From Candidatus Aenigmatarchaeota archaeon (GTDB lineage: Archaea > Aenigmatarchaeota > Aenigmatarchaeia > GW2011-AR5), in NCBI GenBank assembly GCA_043799385.1, contig JAZDNV010000001.1:1-64000 (forward strand): a DNA stretch of 64,000 bases, given 5' to 3'. Positions within the stretch are counted from its first letter, which is position 1, and every line of letters begins with the position of its first letter. This document shows, piece after piece, positions 19,213 through 28,709 of the stretch. The notes beneath the pieces are model-generated. The model was not told the DNA's origin and searched no databases. It saw only the letters and a program-made list of their open reading frames with translations. The position numbers and the translations under genes were made by a program.

Positions 19213-19500
19213 TCAGAACATCTCGAGGCTTTCCACTATCTTTCTCTTCTCGTCTTCCTGCTTCCTTACTCTGTCAAGCATTCCGTCAAGCAGGTCTTCC
19301 AATTTAATCAGCCTTTTGTTCAGAGAAAGTATCTCCTTTTGCAGTTCAAGCACAGCGCACCATAACTGAGCGGCTCTGATATCGTCAGCATTACGATAAG
19401 CGCCACGATATTTTGCGACTTTTCTGAGTATTTCATTCATTCTCGCTTCATCTTCATTCGCCAGAAGCTGCTTCCAGTCCTTTTCCATCTTGAACATCAT
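19213..19500 (-). CDS. Hypothetical helical protein
   Basis: DWKQLL...AYRNADD..AQLWCA plus coiled coil; start taken at ATG 19500. Confidence 0.7.
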   Translation of the reverse strand: MMFKMEKDWKQLLANEDEARMNEILRKVAKYRGAYRNADDIRAAQLWCAVLELQKEILSLNKRLIKLEDLLDGMLDRVRKQEDEKRKIVESLEMF

Positions 19501-19635
19501 ATTTATCGAAACTACTAAGTAGTAAATCTTTAAAAGGTTTTCTACAACATGAAAAGTGCAGTGCGTTAGTAATTTGTTTGAAATATAGGCAATAATTAAA
19601 AGATACCTATACAAAGAATTGTAAAACGTGATTAT

Positions 19636-20283
19636 ATGGAAAATGGCGACTTCATAAAGATATGGTACATCGGCAGGTTAGAGAACGGGGAGATATTCGA
19701 TTTGACGGATGAGGAAACAGCAAAGGAGAGTGGCATCTACAACCCGAAAATAAAATACAAGCATGTACCTATCATAATCGGTGCGAAATTCGTAATACCT
19801 GGACTGGAAACTGCATTATTGGGGATGACTTTAGGCGAAAAGAAGACGATAATCATTGAACCTAAGGACGCATTCGGCAACCGTGACCCGAAGCTGGTGA
19901 GGGTCGTTCCTAAGAGCACTTTCAAAGACATGGAGCCAAAACAGGGTATGGTGATTGATTTCTCTGGCATCAAAGGCAGAATACAATCTGTTTCCGCCGG
20001 CCGAGTGATGGTTGATTTCAATAACCCGTTGGCAGGAAAGAAATTGAGCTATGAAATCGAAATAACGGAGAGGATAGATAAGCCAGAGCAGCAGGTCGGA
20101 GCTATATTCGAGTTCCTTGGAGTTGAAAACACTGAAATAAGCATAAGCGGCGACACGGTCGAGGTAAAGAATGTCAAATTGCCTAGGGAATTGAAAGAGC
20201 GGATAAGCTCCCTGATAATAGAACATGTAAAATCTGACGCAAAGATAGAAAAGGTCTGTTTCATAGAGACTTATAGTAAGTAA
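19636..20283 (+). CDS. slyD: FKBP-type peptidyl-prolyl isomerase (SlyD/long archaeal type)
   Basis: YIGRLENGEIFD, IPGLE, P.DAFG, VDFNNPLAGKKL. Confidence 0.93.
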   Translation: MENGDFIKIWYIGRLENGEIFDLTDEETAKESGIYNPKIKYKHVPIIIGAKFVIPGLETALLGMTLGEKKTIIIEPKDAFGNRDPKLVRVVPKSTFKDMEPKQGMVIDFSGIKGRIQSVSAGRVMVDFNNPLAGKKLSYEIEITERIDKPEQQVGAIFEFLGVENTEISISGDTVEVKNVKLPRELKERISSLIIEHVKSDAKIEKVCFIETYSK

Positions 20284-20290
20284 GTCCGTT

Positions 20291-20413
20291 CTATTTTCTT
20301 ATCACTGTAGGCTTGTGATAATACAGGCTGAACTTGCAGTACGGACATAGTACCGGTGGCGTCTCTTTTCTAGTATCCCATACGTGGCCACAGTGGCTGC
20401 ACCTTAATCTCAT
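20291..20413 (-). CDS. 40-aa Zn-ribbon micro-protein (not in ORF track)
   Basis: Hand translation MRLRCSHCGHVWDTRKETPPVLCPYCKFSLYYHKPTVIRK; two CxxC pairs. Confidence 0.8.
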   Translation of the reverse strand: MRLRCSHCGHVWDTRKETPPVLCPYCKFSLYYHKPTVIRK

Positions 20414-20508
20414 ACTACTATTTATATTACTACTACTATTTAAAATTATGTTTTACGTCGGAAAACATCTTTAAATATTTTTTAAGTGATATTTAAGCAG
20501 GTGAATAC

Positions 20509-21588
20509 ATGGGAGTTCTAGAAACCAAAGATATTGGAAAAGGTTCGATGGATGAGGAGCTAAAAAAATTGCTTGAATCGCGAAAAGCTGTTGTCAAAAT
20601 CGTTGGTGCCGGTGGCGCTGGCGGAAATACCATTTCTAGATTGATGCAGATAGGTGTCGTCGGCGGCGAATCGATCGCGTTGAATACCGATGCACAAGAC
20701 CTTCTCTATACAGATGCTGACGTAAAGATATTAATCGGTAAAGAACTGACCGGTGGTTTGGGCGCAGGCGCTGATCCAAAGGTTGGTGAGGAATCCGCAA
20801 AGGAAAGTAAAAATGATATCAAAAAAATTATGGAAGGTTCTGATCTTGTTTTTGTTACATGTGGTTTGGGTGGTGGCACGGGTACAGGTTCTCTGCCTGT
20901 TGTCGCTGAGATATCAAAAAAAATCGGCGCATTGACCGTGGGAATAGTTACACTGCCGTTCACTATGGAAGGAAAGCAGAGGATGGCCAGCGCAAGGCAG
21001 GGACTGGAAAAACTGGAGAAAGTCGTCGATACATTAATAGTTATACCAAACGACAAGCTTCTTGAAATCGTGCCAGACGTTTCATTAACTACAGCATTCA
21101 AAGTCGCCGACGAAATACTTGTCAATGCAGTTAAAGGAGTAACGGAATTGATAACAAGACCTGGTCTGGTCAACCTTGACTTTGCAGACGTGCGCGCTGT
21201 AATGAATAATGGCGGATTGGCTATGATAGGTATGGGCGACTCGGATAGCGAGAATCGCGCAGTGGAAGCAGTAGAAAGGGCGTTGAGAAACCCGCTACTG
21301 GACGTTGATATAGAAGGCGCGAAAGGCGCATTAATTAACGTTTCAGGCGGCATGGACGTAACAATAAAGGAGTGTCAAGAGATTGTAGAAACTGTCGCCA
21401 CAAAACTGAACCCTGACGCAAAGATAATATGGGGAGCTCAGCTGATGAAAGAACTCGGCGACTCTATAAGGACGTTATTGATAGTGACAGGCGTAAGCTC
21501 GCCGCAGATTTTCGGTCCGCAGAAAACATTCCAGAAAGAGAAAAAAAAGGAGATAGAACGGGTCCTCGGCATAGATTTTGTTGAATGA
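20509..21588 (+). CDS. ftsZ: Cell division protein FtsZ (FtsZ1 type)
   Basis: GGGTGTG tubulin signature, NLDFADV, C-terminal LGIDF. Confidence 0.98.
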   Translation: MGVLETKDIGKGSMDEELKKLLESRKAVVKIVGAGGAGGNTISRLMQIGVVGGESIALNTDAQDLLYTDADVKILIGKELTGGLGAGADPKVGEESAKESKNDIKKIMEGSDLVFVTCGLGGGTGTGSLPVVAEISKKIGALTVGIVTLPFTMEGKQRMASARQGLEKLEKVVDTLIVIPNDKLLEIVPDVSLTTAFKVADEILVNAVKGVTELITRPGLVNLDFADVRAVMNNGGLAMIGMGDSDSENRAVEAVERALRNPLLDVDIEGAKGALINVSGGMDVTIKECQEIVETVATKLNPDAKIIWGAQLMKELGDSIRTLLIVTGVSSPQIFGPQKTFQKEKKKEIERVLGIDFVE

Positions 21589-21628
21589 ATTGTTTCTTTT
21601 TAAACCTTTGTTTTTAATAATTAAAACT

Positions 21629-21799
21629 ATGGATATCAAAAATTTCATCGAACGAATAAGGCGAGTGCTACTAGTCTCGAGCAAACCTGATAAAGAGGAG
21701 TTCAAGCAATCCATGAAAATAACAGGGCTCGGCATTATACTCGTAGGTCTTGTTGGGTTCGTGATATTTCTGATAGCAATGCTTATAGGTGGTCTATAA
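21629..21799 (+). CDS. secE: Preprotein translocase SecE/Sec61 gamma
   Basis: RVLLVSSKPDKEEF plus TM helix; ftsZ-secE-spt5 synteny. Confidence 0.95.
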   Translation: MDIKNFIERIRRVLLVSSKPDKEEFKQSMKITGLGIILVGLVGFVIFLIAMLIGGL

Positions 21800-22242
21800 T
21801 GATAGCAACGATAAGAACGACTACAGGCAGGGAAAACGTAGTGATAGAATCAATATTGTCAAGGATTAACAGCAAAAAAATTCCGATAAAGTCAATATTC
21901 CATCCAGAAGAACTTCGTGGCTACGTGTTCATAGAAGGCGAATCGAATGATATAGAATTCACAATAAAGAGCATACCACATATCCGCGGTCTTATAAATA
22001 AAGACGTCCCATACGAGCAGATAGAAAGATTCCTGATAGCAGAAAAAAGTGAGATAAAAATCGAGGTCGGCGACATCGTGGAGATAATCGGCGGTCCTTT
22101 CAAGGGCGAGAAAGGCAATGTTGTCCGAGTCGATGAAATGAAAAACGAAATCACAGTCGAATTCCTGGAAGCAGCCATACCAATTCCTGTGACGATATCA
22201 ACAAATTCCGTCCGAATCCACGAAAAGAAGAAGAGGGACTAA
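21799..22242 (+). CDS. spt5: Transcription elongation factor Spt5/NusG
   Basis: NGN domain (GYVFIE) and KOW motif (GDIVEIIGGPFKGEKG). Confidence 0.97.
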   Translation: MIATIRTTTGRENVVIESILSRINSKKIPIKSIFHPEELRGYVFIEGESNDIEFTIKSIPHIRGLINKDVPYEQIERFLIAEKSEIKIEVGDIVEIIGGPFKGEKGNVVRVDEMKNEITVEFLEAAIPIPVTISTNSVRIHEKKKRD

Positions 22243-22475
22243 GTTGTTTTTAGCACGTGCCTTTCTATTTCTCTCCCCCAGGCTTTTCTTTCTTCTGTTA
22301 TACGTTCAGCCTCATTCAGCGGTACAAGTGGTCTATAACTACAACCAGAGAGCGGACAATAACCACGTGCCATTTTAACGTCATTAACTAATTCGATTTT
22401 TGAACTCTTATAAACTATAGGAAGCCTATGTTTTTGACAATACACATGAGGGTCATTGGGGGTTATATCACTCAT
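22239..22475 (-). CDS. Small hypothetical protein, possible Zn-binding
   Basis: CQKH...CPLSGC. Confidence 0.55.
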   Translation of the reverse strand: MSDITPNDPHVYCQKHRLPIVYKSSKIELVNDVKMARGYCPLSGCSYRPLVPLNEAERITEERKAWGREIERHVLKTT

Positions 22476-22536
22476 AATTCTATTATCCTGGTCACCTTTA
22501 AAAGCTTTTCGAAATTATAACTTAAAAGTGGTGATA

Positions 22537-22980
22537 ATGGACTACAACAAGCTATTGCTGATCCTATACGTGATAACATTGGCTGTAATCCTGGTCGAAT
22601 TTTTCAAGATATGGGGCTTTGCGGTCACGTTGATGCTGATTCTGATAATAATAATAGTGCAAAGGATTAATTTTGAAAAAGCAATAGACGATATGAAAAA
22701 GAAAAGGAACCAGCTGATTGATATCATATCAGAAAGAATAGATATTTTTTCAGAGAGGATTGAAAGCTTGCGATTGGACATGAACCGTGACATGGTAATG
22801 ATAGAAAACCGTATATCTGAACTCAGGAACAACCAAAAAGCTGAAAATGAGAGAAATTACAGGGAGCTTGCAAGAAAAATGTTTGACATTGAAAACAAGC
22901 TTAACAGCGTAAAGAAAACGTTGGGTGCAGCCTTTGGCTCATTGGATGAACGCGTTGAGCAGATAGAGGAGAAAGAATAG
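22537..22980 (+). CDS. Membrane-anchored coiled-coil protein
   Basis: GGTGA RBS before ATG 22537; two TM helices then heptads. Confidence 0.75.
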   Translation: MDYNKLLLILYVITLAVILVEFFKIWGFAVTLMLILIIIIVQRINFEKAIDDMKKKRNQLIDIISERIDIFSERIESLRLDMNRDMVMIENRISELRNNQKAENERNYRELARKMFDIENKLNSVKKTLGAAFGSLDERVEQIEEKE

Positions 22981-23058
22981 GTTTTTATACATTGCCGTTA
23001 TAATAGTTAAACCCGTTTTTACTACAAGAGAGGTAATTCTTTTTGTAGGAGGGATCTT

Positions 23059-23661
23059 ATGAAGATAGAAGAAGCAGTTAATCATCTAAAGGCGAATAGC
23101 AGGAAAAGGAACTTCATTCAGAAATTTGATTTAGTTGTCAATCTAAAGAACATTGATTTAAAGAAGCCGGAAAACAAGTTCTCGAAAGATGTAGTTCTGC
23201 CGCATGAGATAAGAAAGGATATTTCTGTCGGTATAATCTCTGACAATGCTCCTAACGCAACCAACAAAACTGACTTGGAAGAGATGGGGCGTGACAAGAA
23301 AAAACTGAAGGCGTTCGTAAAGAAAAACGAGTTCTTCATATGCGAAGCTCCTTTAATGGCTCTGGTTGGTAAGGTGCTTGGAAGGTATCTGGGACCGAAG
23401 GGAAAGATGCCAAAGCTGCTCTTGCCTGGAAAGGACCCGAAGGAAATGATAGAAGAGCTTAAGAGTTCTGTAAGAGTAATTGTTCGCGATTCTCCTGTTA
23501 TCTATCTGATGGTAGGCTCAGAGAATTTTGAAACCAGCCAGATAAAGGATAACGTTGAAAAGGTCGTGGAAGAGATTAAAAAATCGCTTCCAGTAAAGGC
23601 GAAGATAAAGGATGTTTATTTAAAACTAACGATGAGCAAGCCTGTAAAAATCGATGTGTGA
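23059..23661 (+). CDS. rpl1: 50S ribosomal protein uL1
   Basis: RNFIQKFDLVVNLK, LGRYLGPKGKMP, KLTMS. Confidence 0.95.
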   Translation: MKIEEAVNHLKANSRKRNFIQKFDLVVNLKNIDLKKPENKFSKDVVLPHEIRKDISVGIISDNAPNATNKTDLEEMGRDKKKLKAFVKKNEFFICEAPLMALVGKVLGRYLGPKGKMPKLLLPGKDPKEMIEELKSSVRVIVRDSPVIYLMVGSENFETSQIKDNVEKVVEEIKKSLPVKAKIKDVYLKLTMSKPVKIDV

Positions 23662-23665
23662 TACT

Positions 23666-24496
23666 ATGCTGAAGGATGAAAAACCGCAGGAAGTTGAGAA
23701 ACTGAAAAAACTTATAGAGGAGCATTCGGCCGTAGGGATACTAAACATGCATAAACTGCCATCGAAGCAGCTGCATAAAATCAAGGATGGTCTGCGCGGC
23801 AAGGCTGTGATAAGGATGAGCAGGAAGAACTTGATAAAAATGGCTCTAGACAGTTCTGGTAAGGATGTAAAAAAACTCATAGAAAACATCAAGGAAGAGC
23901 CTGCATTGATACTGTCGAACGAAAATCCGTTCAAGTTGTTTAAGGTATTGAAGGATAGTCGCGTTAAAACAAAGGCAAAAATCGGCGACATTGCAGTAAA
24001 TGATATAATAATTCCGAAGGGTACCACAGAAATACCGCCAGGGCCCGCAATATCAACGCTGCAAAAAGTCGGACTGAAGACTTCAGTCCAACAGGGTAAA
24101 ATATTTGTTATGAGCGATAAAGTAGCAACAAAAGCCGGTGAAGTGATAAATGCTGATGTTGTCAATGTCCTTAACTTATTAAAAATTGAACCGATGGAAG
24201 TCGGCCTGAATATGATATCGGTATGGGAAAGCGGATTCGTGTATGATAAAAAGATTTTGGATATAGATGTAGAAGATTACAAGAATCGCATCACTCAGGC
24301 AGTCCAAGGGATGATAAACCTTTCGTTGAATGCGAATTATCTTGTTTCAGAGACAGCTGAGCTTGCGATAAGGAAAGCCTTCATGGAGGCAAAATCACTC
24401 GCTATCGAGGCGAATATCATTGAAAGAGAATTCATAGGCGATTTGCTCGCAAAGGCTGTTGCGGAGGCAAAGTCTTTGGAAAGCGCGTTAAAATGA
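23666..24496 (+). CDS. rpl10: 50S ribosomal protein uL10 (P0)
   Basis: NPFKL, G.T..PPGP, follows rpl1. Confidence 0.95.
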   Translation: MLKDEKPQEVEKLKKLIEEHSAVGILNMHKLPSKQLHKIKDGLRGKAVIRMSRKNLIKMALDSSGKDVKKLIENIKEEPALILSNENPFKLFKVLKDSRVKTKAKIGDIAVNDIIIPKGTTEIPPGPAISTLQKVGLKTSVQQGKIFVMSDKVATKAGEVINADVVNVLNLLKIEPMEVGLNMISVWESGFVYDKKILDIDVEDYKNRITQAVQGMINLSLNANYLVSETAELAIRKAFMEAKSLAIEANIIEREFIGDLLAKAVAEAKSLESALK

Positions 24497-24529
24497 AAAA
24501 TATGTATATTGAAAGATGAGGTGAAAAAA

Positions 24530-24832
24530 ATGAACCTGATATACGGTGCACTTCTTTTGCACTCTGTAGGAAAAAAGGTAACAGAAGATGAAATGAAAAA
24601 GGTCATCGAATCGACTGGTGAAAAGATTGACGACGCACAGATAAAAGCGCTTATCACAGCATTGGAAGGCGTTAACATAGATGAAGCAATAAGCAAGGCT
24701 GCAATGCCTGTTGCTACAGCAGTCGCAGCAGCAACTCCAGCAGTAGCAGAGAAGAAAGAAGAAGTGGATGAAAAGGAAAAAGAGAAGAAAGCAGAAGAAG
24801 CAGCTGAAGGGTTATCTGCGTTGTTTGGTTGA
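24530..24832 (+). CDS. rpl12: 50S ribosomal protein P1/L12
   Basis: YGALLLH, Ala-rich hinge, C-terminal GLSALFG; GAGGTG RBS. Confidence 0.97.
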   Translation: MNLIYGALLLHSVGKKVTEDEMKKVIESTGEKIDDAQIKALITALEGVNIDEAISKAAMPVATAVAAATPAVAEKKEEVDEKEKEKKAEEAAEGLSALFG

Positions 24833-24861
24833 TTTTTTATTTTTATTTCAACCAATTCTCT

Positions 24862-26616
24862 TTACTCTAGAATAGCTTTTATCCTTCTAACGCCTGCGGA
24901 CACTGATTCCTCTTTGACTATCTTGAATCTCCTAAGCTCTTTCGTATTTTTCACATGAGGTCCTGCGCATATCTCTTTGGAGAAACCGCCAATTATGTAA
25001 ACAGAAACACTCTCGCCGTATTTCGATTCGAAAAATCCGAGTGCTCCTCTTTTCTTTGCCTCGTTTGGCGACATTTCTACGCGATGAATAATTAACCCCT
25101 CACCAATTTTTTGATTAACTATATCTTCCACTTTCTTTATTTGCTCTTGGGTCATCTTTTCTGTATGAGAAAAATCAAAACGCAGACGTTCGGCAGTTAT
25201 GTTGCTTCCTTTTTGTTTAACATGATCGCCTAAAACCGTGCGCAGCGCTTGATGCAACAGATGCGTTGCCGTGTGGTATTTTACAGAGATATCGCTGTGG
25301 TCAGCCAAACCACTCTTGAAAACGCCCTCCATGCTCTTTCTGCTGAGTTCCTGATGCTTTTCGAATTCATTTTCAAATCCGCTCATGTCAACTTTCCAGC
25401 CTTTTTCAGCTGCCAATTCCTCTGTCATCTCTATTGGAAAACCGTATGATTGAAACAAAAGGAATGCATCCTTACCGCTCACGGTTTTATTCTTTGTTTC
25501 TATCCTGCTGAAATGTTTCATTCCAATGTCAATTGTTTTTTTGAAACGCTCCTCTTCCTTGTTTATTTCGTCAATTATGAAGTTTCTGTTTTTCTTCAAT
25601 TCATCATAATCCCTAGAATAAATATCAATAATGGTGCCTGCTATTTCATTCATCACATTATCTTTCATCTGCAACTGCATTGAATGCCTTATTGCTCTTC
25701 TCAGCAACCTTCTAACTATGTAACCGTGACCTAGATTCGAAGGCGTTATTGCTCTGTTGTCACCGAGAACAAAAACGACTGCACGAATATGGTCAGCAAT
25801 TATTCTTTCTGATTTAACATCATGACTTTTGGACAGCTCTCTTATTTTTCTTAATATCGGCAAAAATAATTCTGTTTCGTATACGTTTTCTTTTCCCTGC
25901 AAAACCGCAGTCGTACGTTCAAGACCCATCCCTGTATCAACGTTTTTTTGCTTCAGCAATTCGTATCTTCCGTTCTTTGTTTTGTTATATTCCATGAAAA
26001 CGTCGTTCCATATCTCGCAATATTTGCCGCAGTTACAGCCAGGCTTACAATCCTTAGAGCATTTTTTCTTTCCTGTATTGAAAAACATCTCTGTGCACGG
26101 ACCGCACGGACCTGTTGATCCTGACGGTCCCCACCAGTTGTCTTTTTTTGAAAGATAGTGTATTCGTTCTTTCGGTATTCCTAAGCTAATCCATATTTTA
26201 GCTGATTCATCGTCGCGCGACGCATTACTATCACCAGAAAAAACCGTCACGCTTATTTTTTCTTTGTCGATTCCGAGCCATTTCTTGCTCGTCATGAATT
26301 CGAAACTCCATTCAATTGCCTCTTTCTTGAAATAATCGCCAAGGCTCCAGTTGCCAAGCATCTCGAAGAATGTGTTGTGGAATGAGTCGCCAACGTCATT
26401 TATGTCATCGGTTCGCAGGCATTTCTGCACATCTACAATTCTTTTTCCAGATGGATGCTTCTGGCCGAGCAAGAATGGCACAAGGGGGTGCATGCCTGCT
26501 GTAGTGAACAACACTGTCGGATCGTTTTCAGGGATGAGTGAAGATGAAGGTATGAATTTATGATTCTTCTTCTCAAAAAATCTTATGTATCTTTTCTTTA
26601 ATTCTACAGCCTTCAT
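24862..26616 (-). CDS. alaS: Alanine--tRNA ligase (short form, no C-Ala domain)
   Basis: LFTTAGM, FFEMLGNWS, DTGMGLER, editing HTATHLLH and CAGPH; ends at GVRRIKA. Confidence 0.96.
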   Translation of the reverse strand: MKAVELKKRYIRFFEKKNHKFIPSSSLIPENDPTVLFTTAGMHPLVPFLLGQKHPSGKRIVDVQKCLRTDDINDVGDSFHNTFFEMLGNWSLGDYFKKEAIEWSFEFMTSKKWLGIDKEKISVTVFSGDSNASRDDESAKIWISLGIPKERIHYLSKKDNWWGPSGSTGPCGPCTEMFFNTGKKKCSKDCKPGCNCGKYCEIWNDVFMEYNKTKNGRYELLKQKNVDTGMGLERTTAVLQGKENVYETELFLPILRKIRELSKSHDVKSERIIADHIRAVVFVLGDNRAITPSNLGHGYIVRRLLRRAIRHSMQLQMKDNVMNEIAGTIIDIYSRDYDELKKNRNFIIDEINKEEERFKKTIDIGMKHFSRIETKNKTVSGKDAFLLFQSYGFPIEMTEELAAEKGWKVDMSGFENEFEKHQELSRKSMEGVFKSGLADHSDISVKYHTATHLLHQALRTVLGDHVKQKGSNITAERLRFDFSHTEKMTQEQIKKVEDIVNQKIGEGLIIHRVEMSPNEAKKRGALGFFESKYGESVSVYIIGGFSKEICAGPHVKNTKELRRFKIVKEESVSAGVRRIKAILE

Positions 26617-26669
26617 GAAGAAATTATATAATGTTTAATTTTTAAAACTAAGATGAATGAAACAAAAGA

Positions 26670-27110
26670 CTAGATTGTTATATTTATCAGGCCGCACTCT
26701 ACTGCTGGTGGGTCGTACAGCGTTCTGCAGAGAGCGTTGTAAATCTTTTCTTTTGTTACATTGGCAAATTCTTCCTCGTTGTTTGGCCCTGTAATTTTAA
26801 CATGAGTTTCATTTGCATTTATTTTTTCGACTATCAATTGCACTTGGCCATTATTCGTCTTGAAAATATCAGGTAATTGGTCTGCTTCAAAAAAATCGCT
26901 CTGCGAATAAAGTTTCAGTATTGTAAAACCCATACTCAACTGCAGGTACTCCTGGTTCTGATTTAATTCTCCGTCGACAACAAATTTATCCAGCGGCTTT
27001 AACTGTTCACTGCCTTTGTCAGTACCCGTCATCACATACGCAATCGTTGATGCACTGAAGATAAAAACTATGAAAAGGACCATTATTCTCTGCTTCGTTA
27101 TTTTTTTCAT
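26670..27110 (-). CDS. Membrane-anchored hypothetical protein
   Basis: N-terminal basic and hydrophobic segment; C-terminal Cys pair. Confidence 0.7.
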   Translation of the reverse strand: MKKITKQRIMVLFIVFIFSASTIAYVMTGTDKGSEQLKPLDKFVVDGELNQNQEYLQLSMGFTILKLYSQSDFFEADQLPDIFKTNNGQVQLIVEKINANETHVKITGPNNEEEFANVTKEKIYNALCRTLYDPPAVECGLINITI

Positions 27111-27115
27111 TTATA

Positions 27116-28036
27116 TCACTTTATGTACCGGTAAGCGGATAATGCTGCTACTGCGCCGTCTGCCACAGCCGTTACGTCCTGTTTCCATTGGTTTGTACTT
27201 ATGTCGCCGGCAGCGAAGACGCCTTGGATGTTTGTTTCTTTTTTATCGTTAGTTATTATAAAACCCTCTTTATCGAATTTCACGCCGATTCCTTTTGCCA
27301 GTTCAGCGGCAGGAATAGAACCGACCTCAACAAAAACGCCGTCGACCTTTATTTTTTCAGATTTATTATTCTTTACGTTTTTTATTGTTATGGATTCAAC
27401 AAAATTTTTTCCTGCTATCTCTTCGACGATCGAATTCCATATTATCTCAACGTTTGTTTTCCTTAACTTTTCACCAGAATAAGCATCTGCTCTCAACTGT
27501 TCGCGTCTATGAATCAGATATATCTTTTTTACCCGTAAATCCTTCAATGCTATTACAGCCTTTACAGCTGAATCGCCACCACCGATTACTGCGATGTTCT
27601 TTCCTCTGAACAGAGGACCATCGCATGTCGCACAGTAGCTGACGCCTCTGCCAAAGAATTTCTCTTCGCCTGGAATATTCGCTTTTCTGTGCTTTAGCCC
27701 GGTCGCAAGTATTAACGTTTTTGCCTTGTATTTTTCATTCGTTGTACAAACAACGAATAAACCGTCTTTTGATAAAGAAATGACTTTCTCATATTTTATC
27801 TCAACGTCAAGATTCTCGACCTGTCTTCTCATCTTTTCCAACAATTCAGCGCCGATTATTTTTTCAAACCCTGGATAATTTTCGACTACATGAGAAACTG
27901 CTAGATTTGAAGGCTGTTCAGGATTGTCGAATATCATGACATGCAATCCCTGACGCTTTGCGAAAATCCCGGCTGTGAGACCAGCAGGGCCTGCGCCAAC
28001 TATTATCAGGTCGTATTTGCTTCTCATCATAACCAC
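27116..28036 (-). CDS. trxB: Thioredoxin reductase
   Basis: GAGPAG, GVSYCATCDG, GGGDSA, GVFAAGD. Confidence 0.95.
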   Translation of the reverse strand: MVMMRSKYDLIIVGAGPAGLTAGIFAKRQGLHVMIFDNPEQPSNLAVSHVVENYPGFEKIIGAELLEKMRRQVENLDVEIKYEKVISLSKDGLFVVCTTNEKYKAKTLILATGLKHRKANIPGEEKFFGRGVSYCATCDGPLFRGKNIAVIGGGDSAVKAVIALKDLRVKKIYLIHRREQLRADAYSGEKLRKTNVEIIWNSIVEEIAGKNFVESITIKNVKNNKSEKIKVDGVFVEVGSIPAAELAKGIGVKFDKEGFIITNDKKETNIQGVFAAGDISTNQWKQDVTAVADGAVAALSAYRYIK

Positions 28037-28079
28037 TATGAAGAACTATTTTCGCATAAGGCTTTAAACTTTTTACCGT

Positions 28080-28568
28080 TCATTTGAAACCGAAATGCCT
28101 TCTGAGCAAAAACAATAGTTCTGGGTGAAATTTTTTACCGGCATCAATCATTTTTTTAATCTTGTTCAGGCTGAAGAACCCTATTTTCTCGACCTCCTTT
28201 GGATTTATTTTAAACGGGCCGTTGTACACCGTCTTGAATGTAACCAATATTTTTTTAAGATTGTCTTTTTTGTAGACATCCTTGAATAAAAATTCCATTT
28301 CCAGTTTTTTACCTATCTCCTCCTTAGACTCGCGCAACGCCGCTTCATGGTAGCTCTCTCCTGAACGGACATGACCACTGGCAGACGGGCTCCAGTGATT
28401 AGGGCACATGGACATGCATTTGCTTCTCAGCTGAAGAGCGAGCTCGCCTTTATCATTGAACACGAAGACATGAACTATCCTGTGGGTCAGCTTTTTCTCG
28501 TACATCTCTTCTTCAGTGGCTTTACCGATAACCTCATCTTTTTCATTTACTATATCCATGAATTCCAC
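28080..28568 (-). CDS. NUDIX hydrolase (YfcD/IDI-1-like fold)
   Basis: Nudix box GHV..GES..EAALRESKEEIG. Confidence 0.88.
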   Translation of the reverse strand: MEFMDIVNEKDEVIGKATEEEMYEKKLTHRIVHVFVFNDKGELALQLRSKCMSMCPNHWSPSASGHVRSGESYHEAALRESKEEIGKKLEMEFLFKDVYKKDNLKKILVTFKTVYNGPFKINPKEVEKIGFFSLNKIKKMIDAGKKFHPELLFLLRRHFGFK

Positions 28569-28709
28569 ATTACCATCCCAGAAATTTATATGAATTTCTG
28601 CGTTTATATAAAGAAAATTTAAACGCTTTAAAATGCCGTATGTATTTTAATATTAAAAATCATTTCGTATTATTTTAAATATCTTGTAAAGTAACTAGTG
28701 GAGGGTTTG

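Noticed and set aside
20706..21353. Long antisense ORFs (here and at 39974-40675, 58454-59104, 23626-24165)
   Set aside because: Antisense to well-conserved genes, with Ser/Phe/Ile-rich shadow composition.
28080..28568. Type 1 IPP isomerase completing the mevalonate pathway
   Set aside because: The catalytic Cys position reads SASGH and the downstream Glu pair is absent; generic Nudix call preferred.
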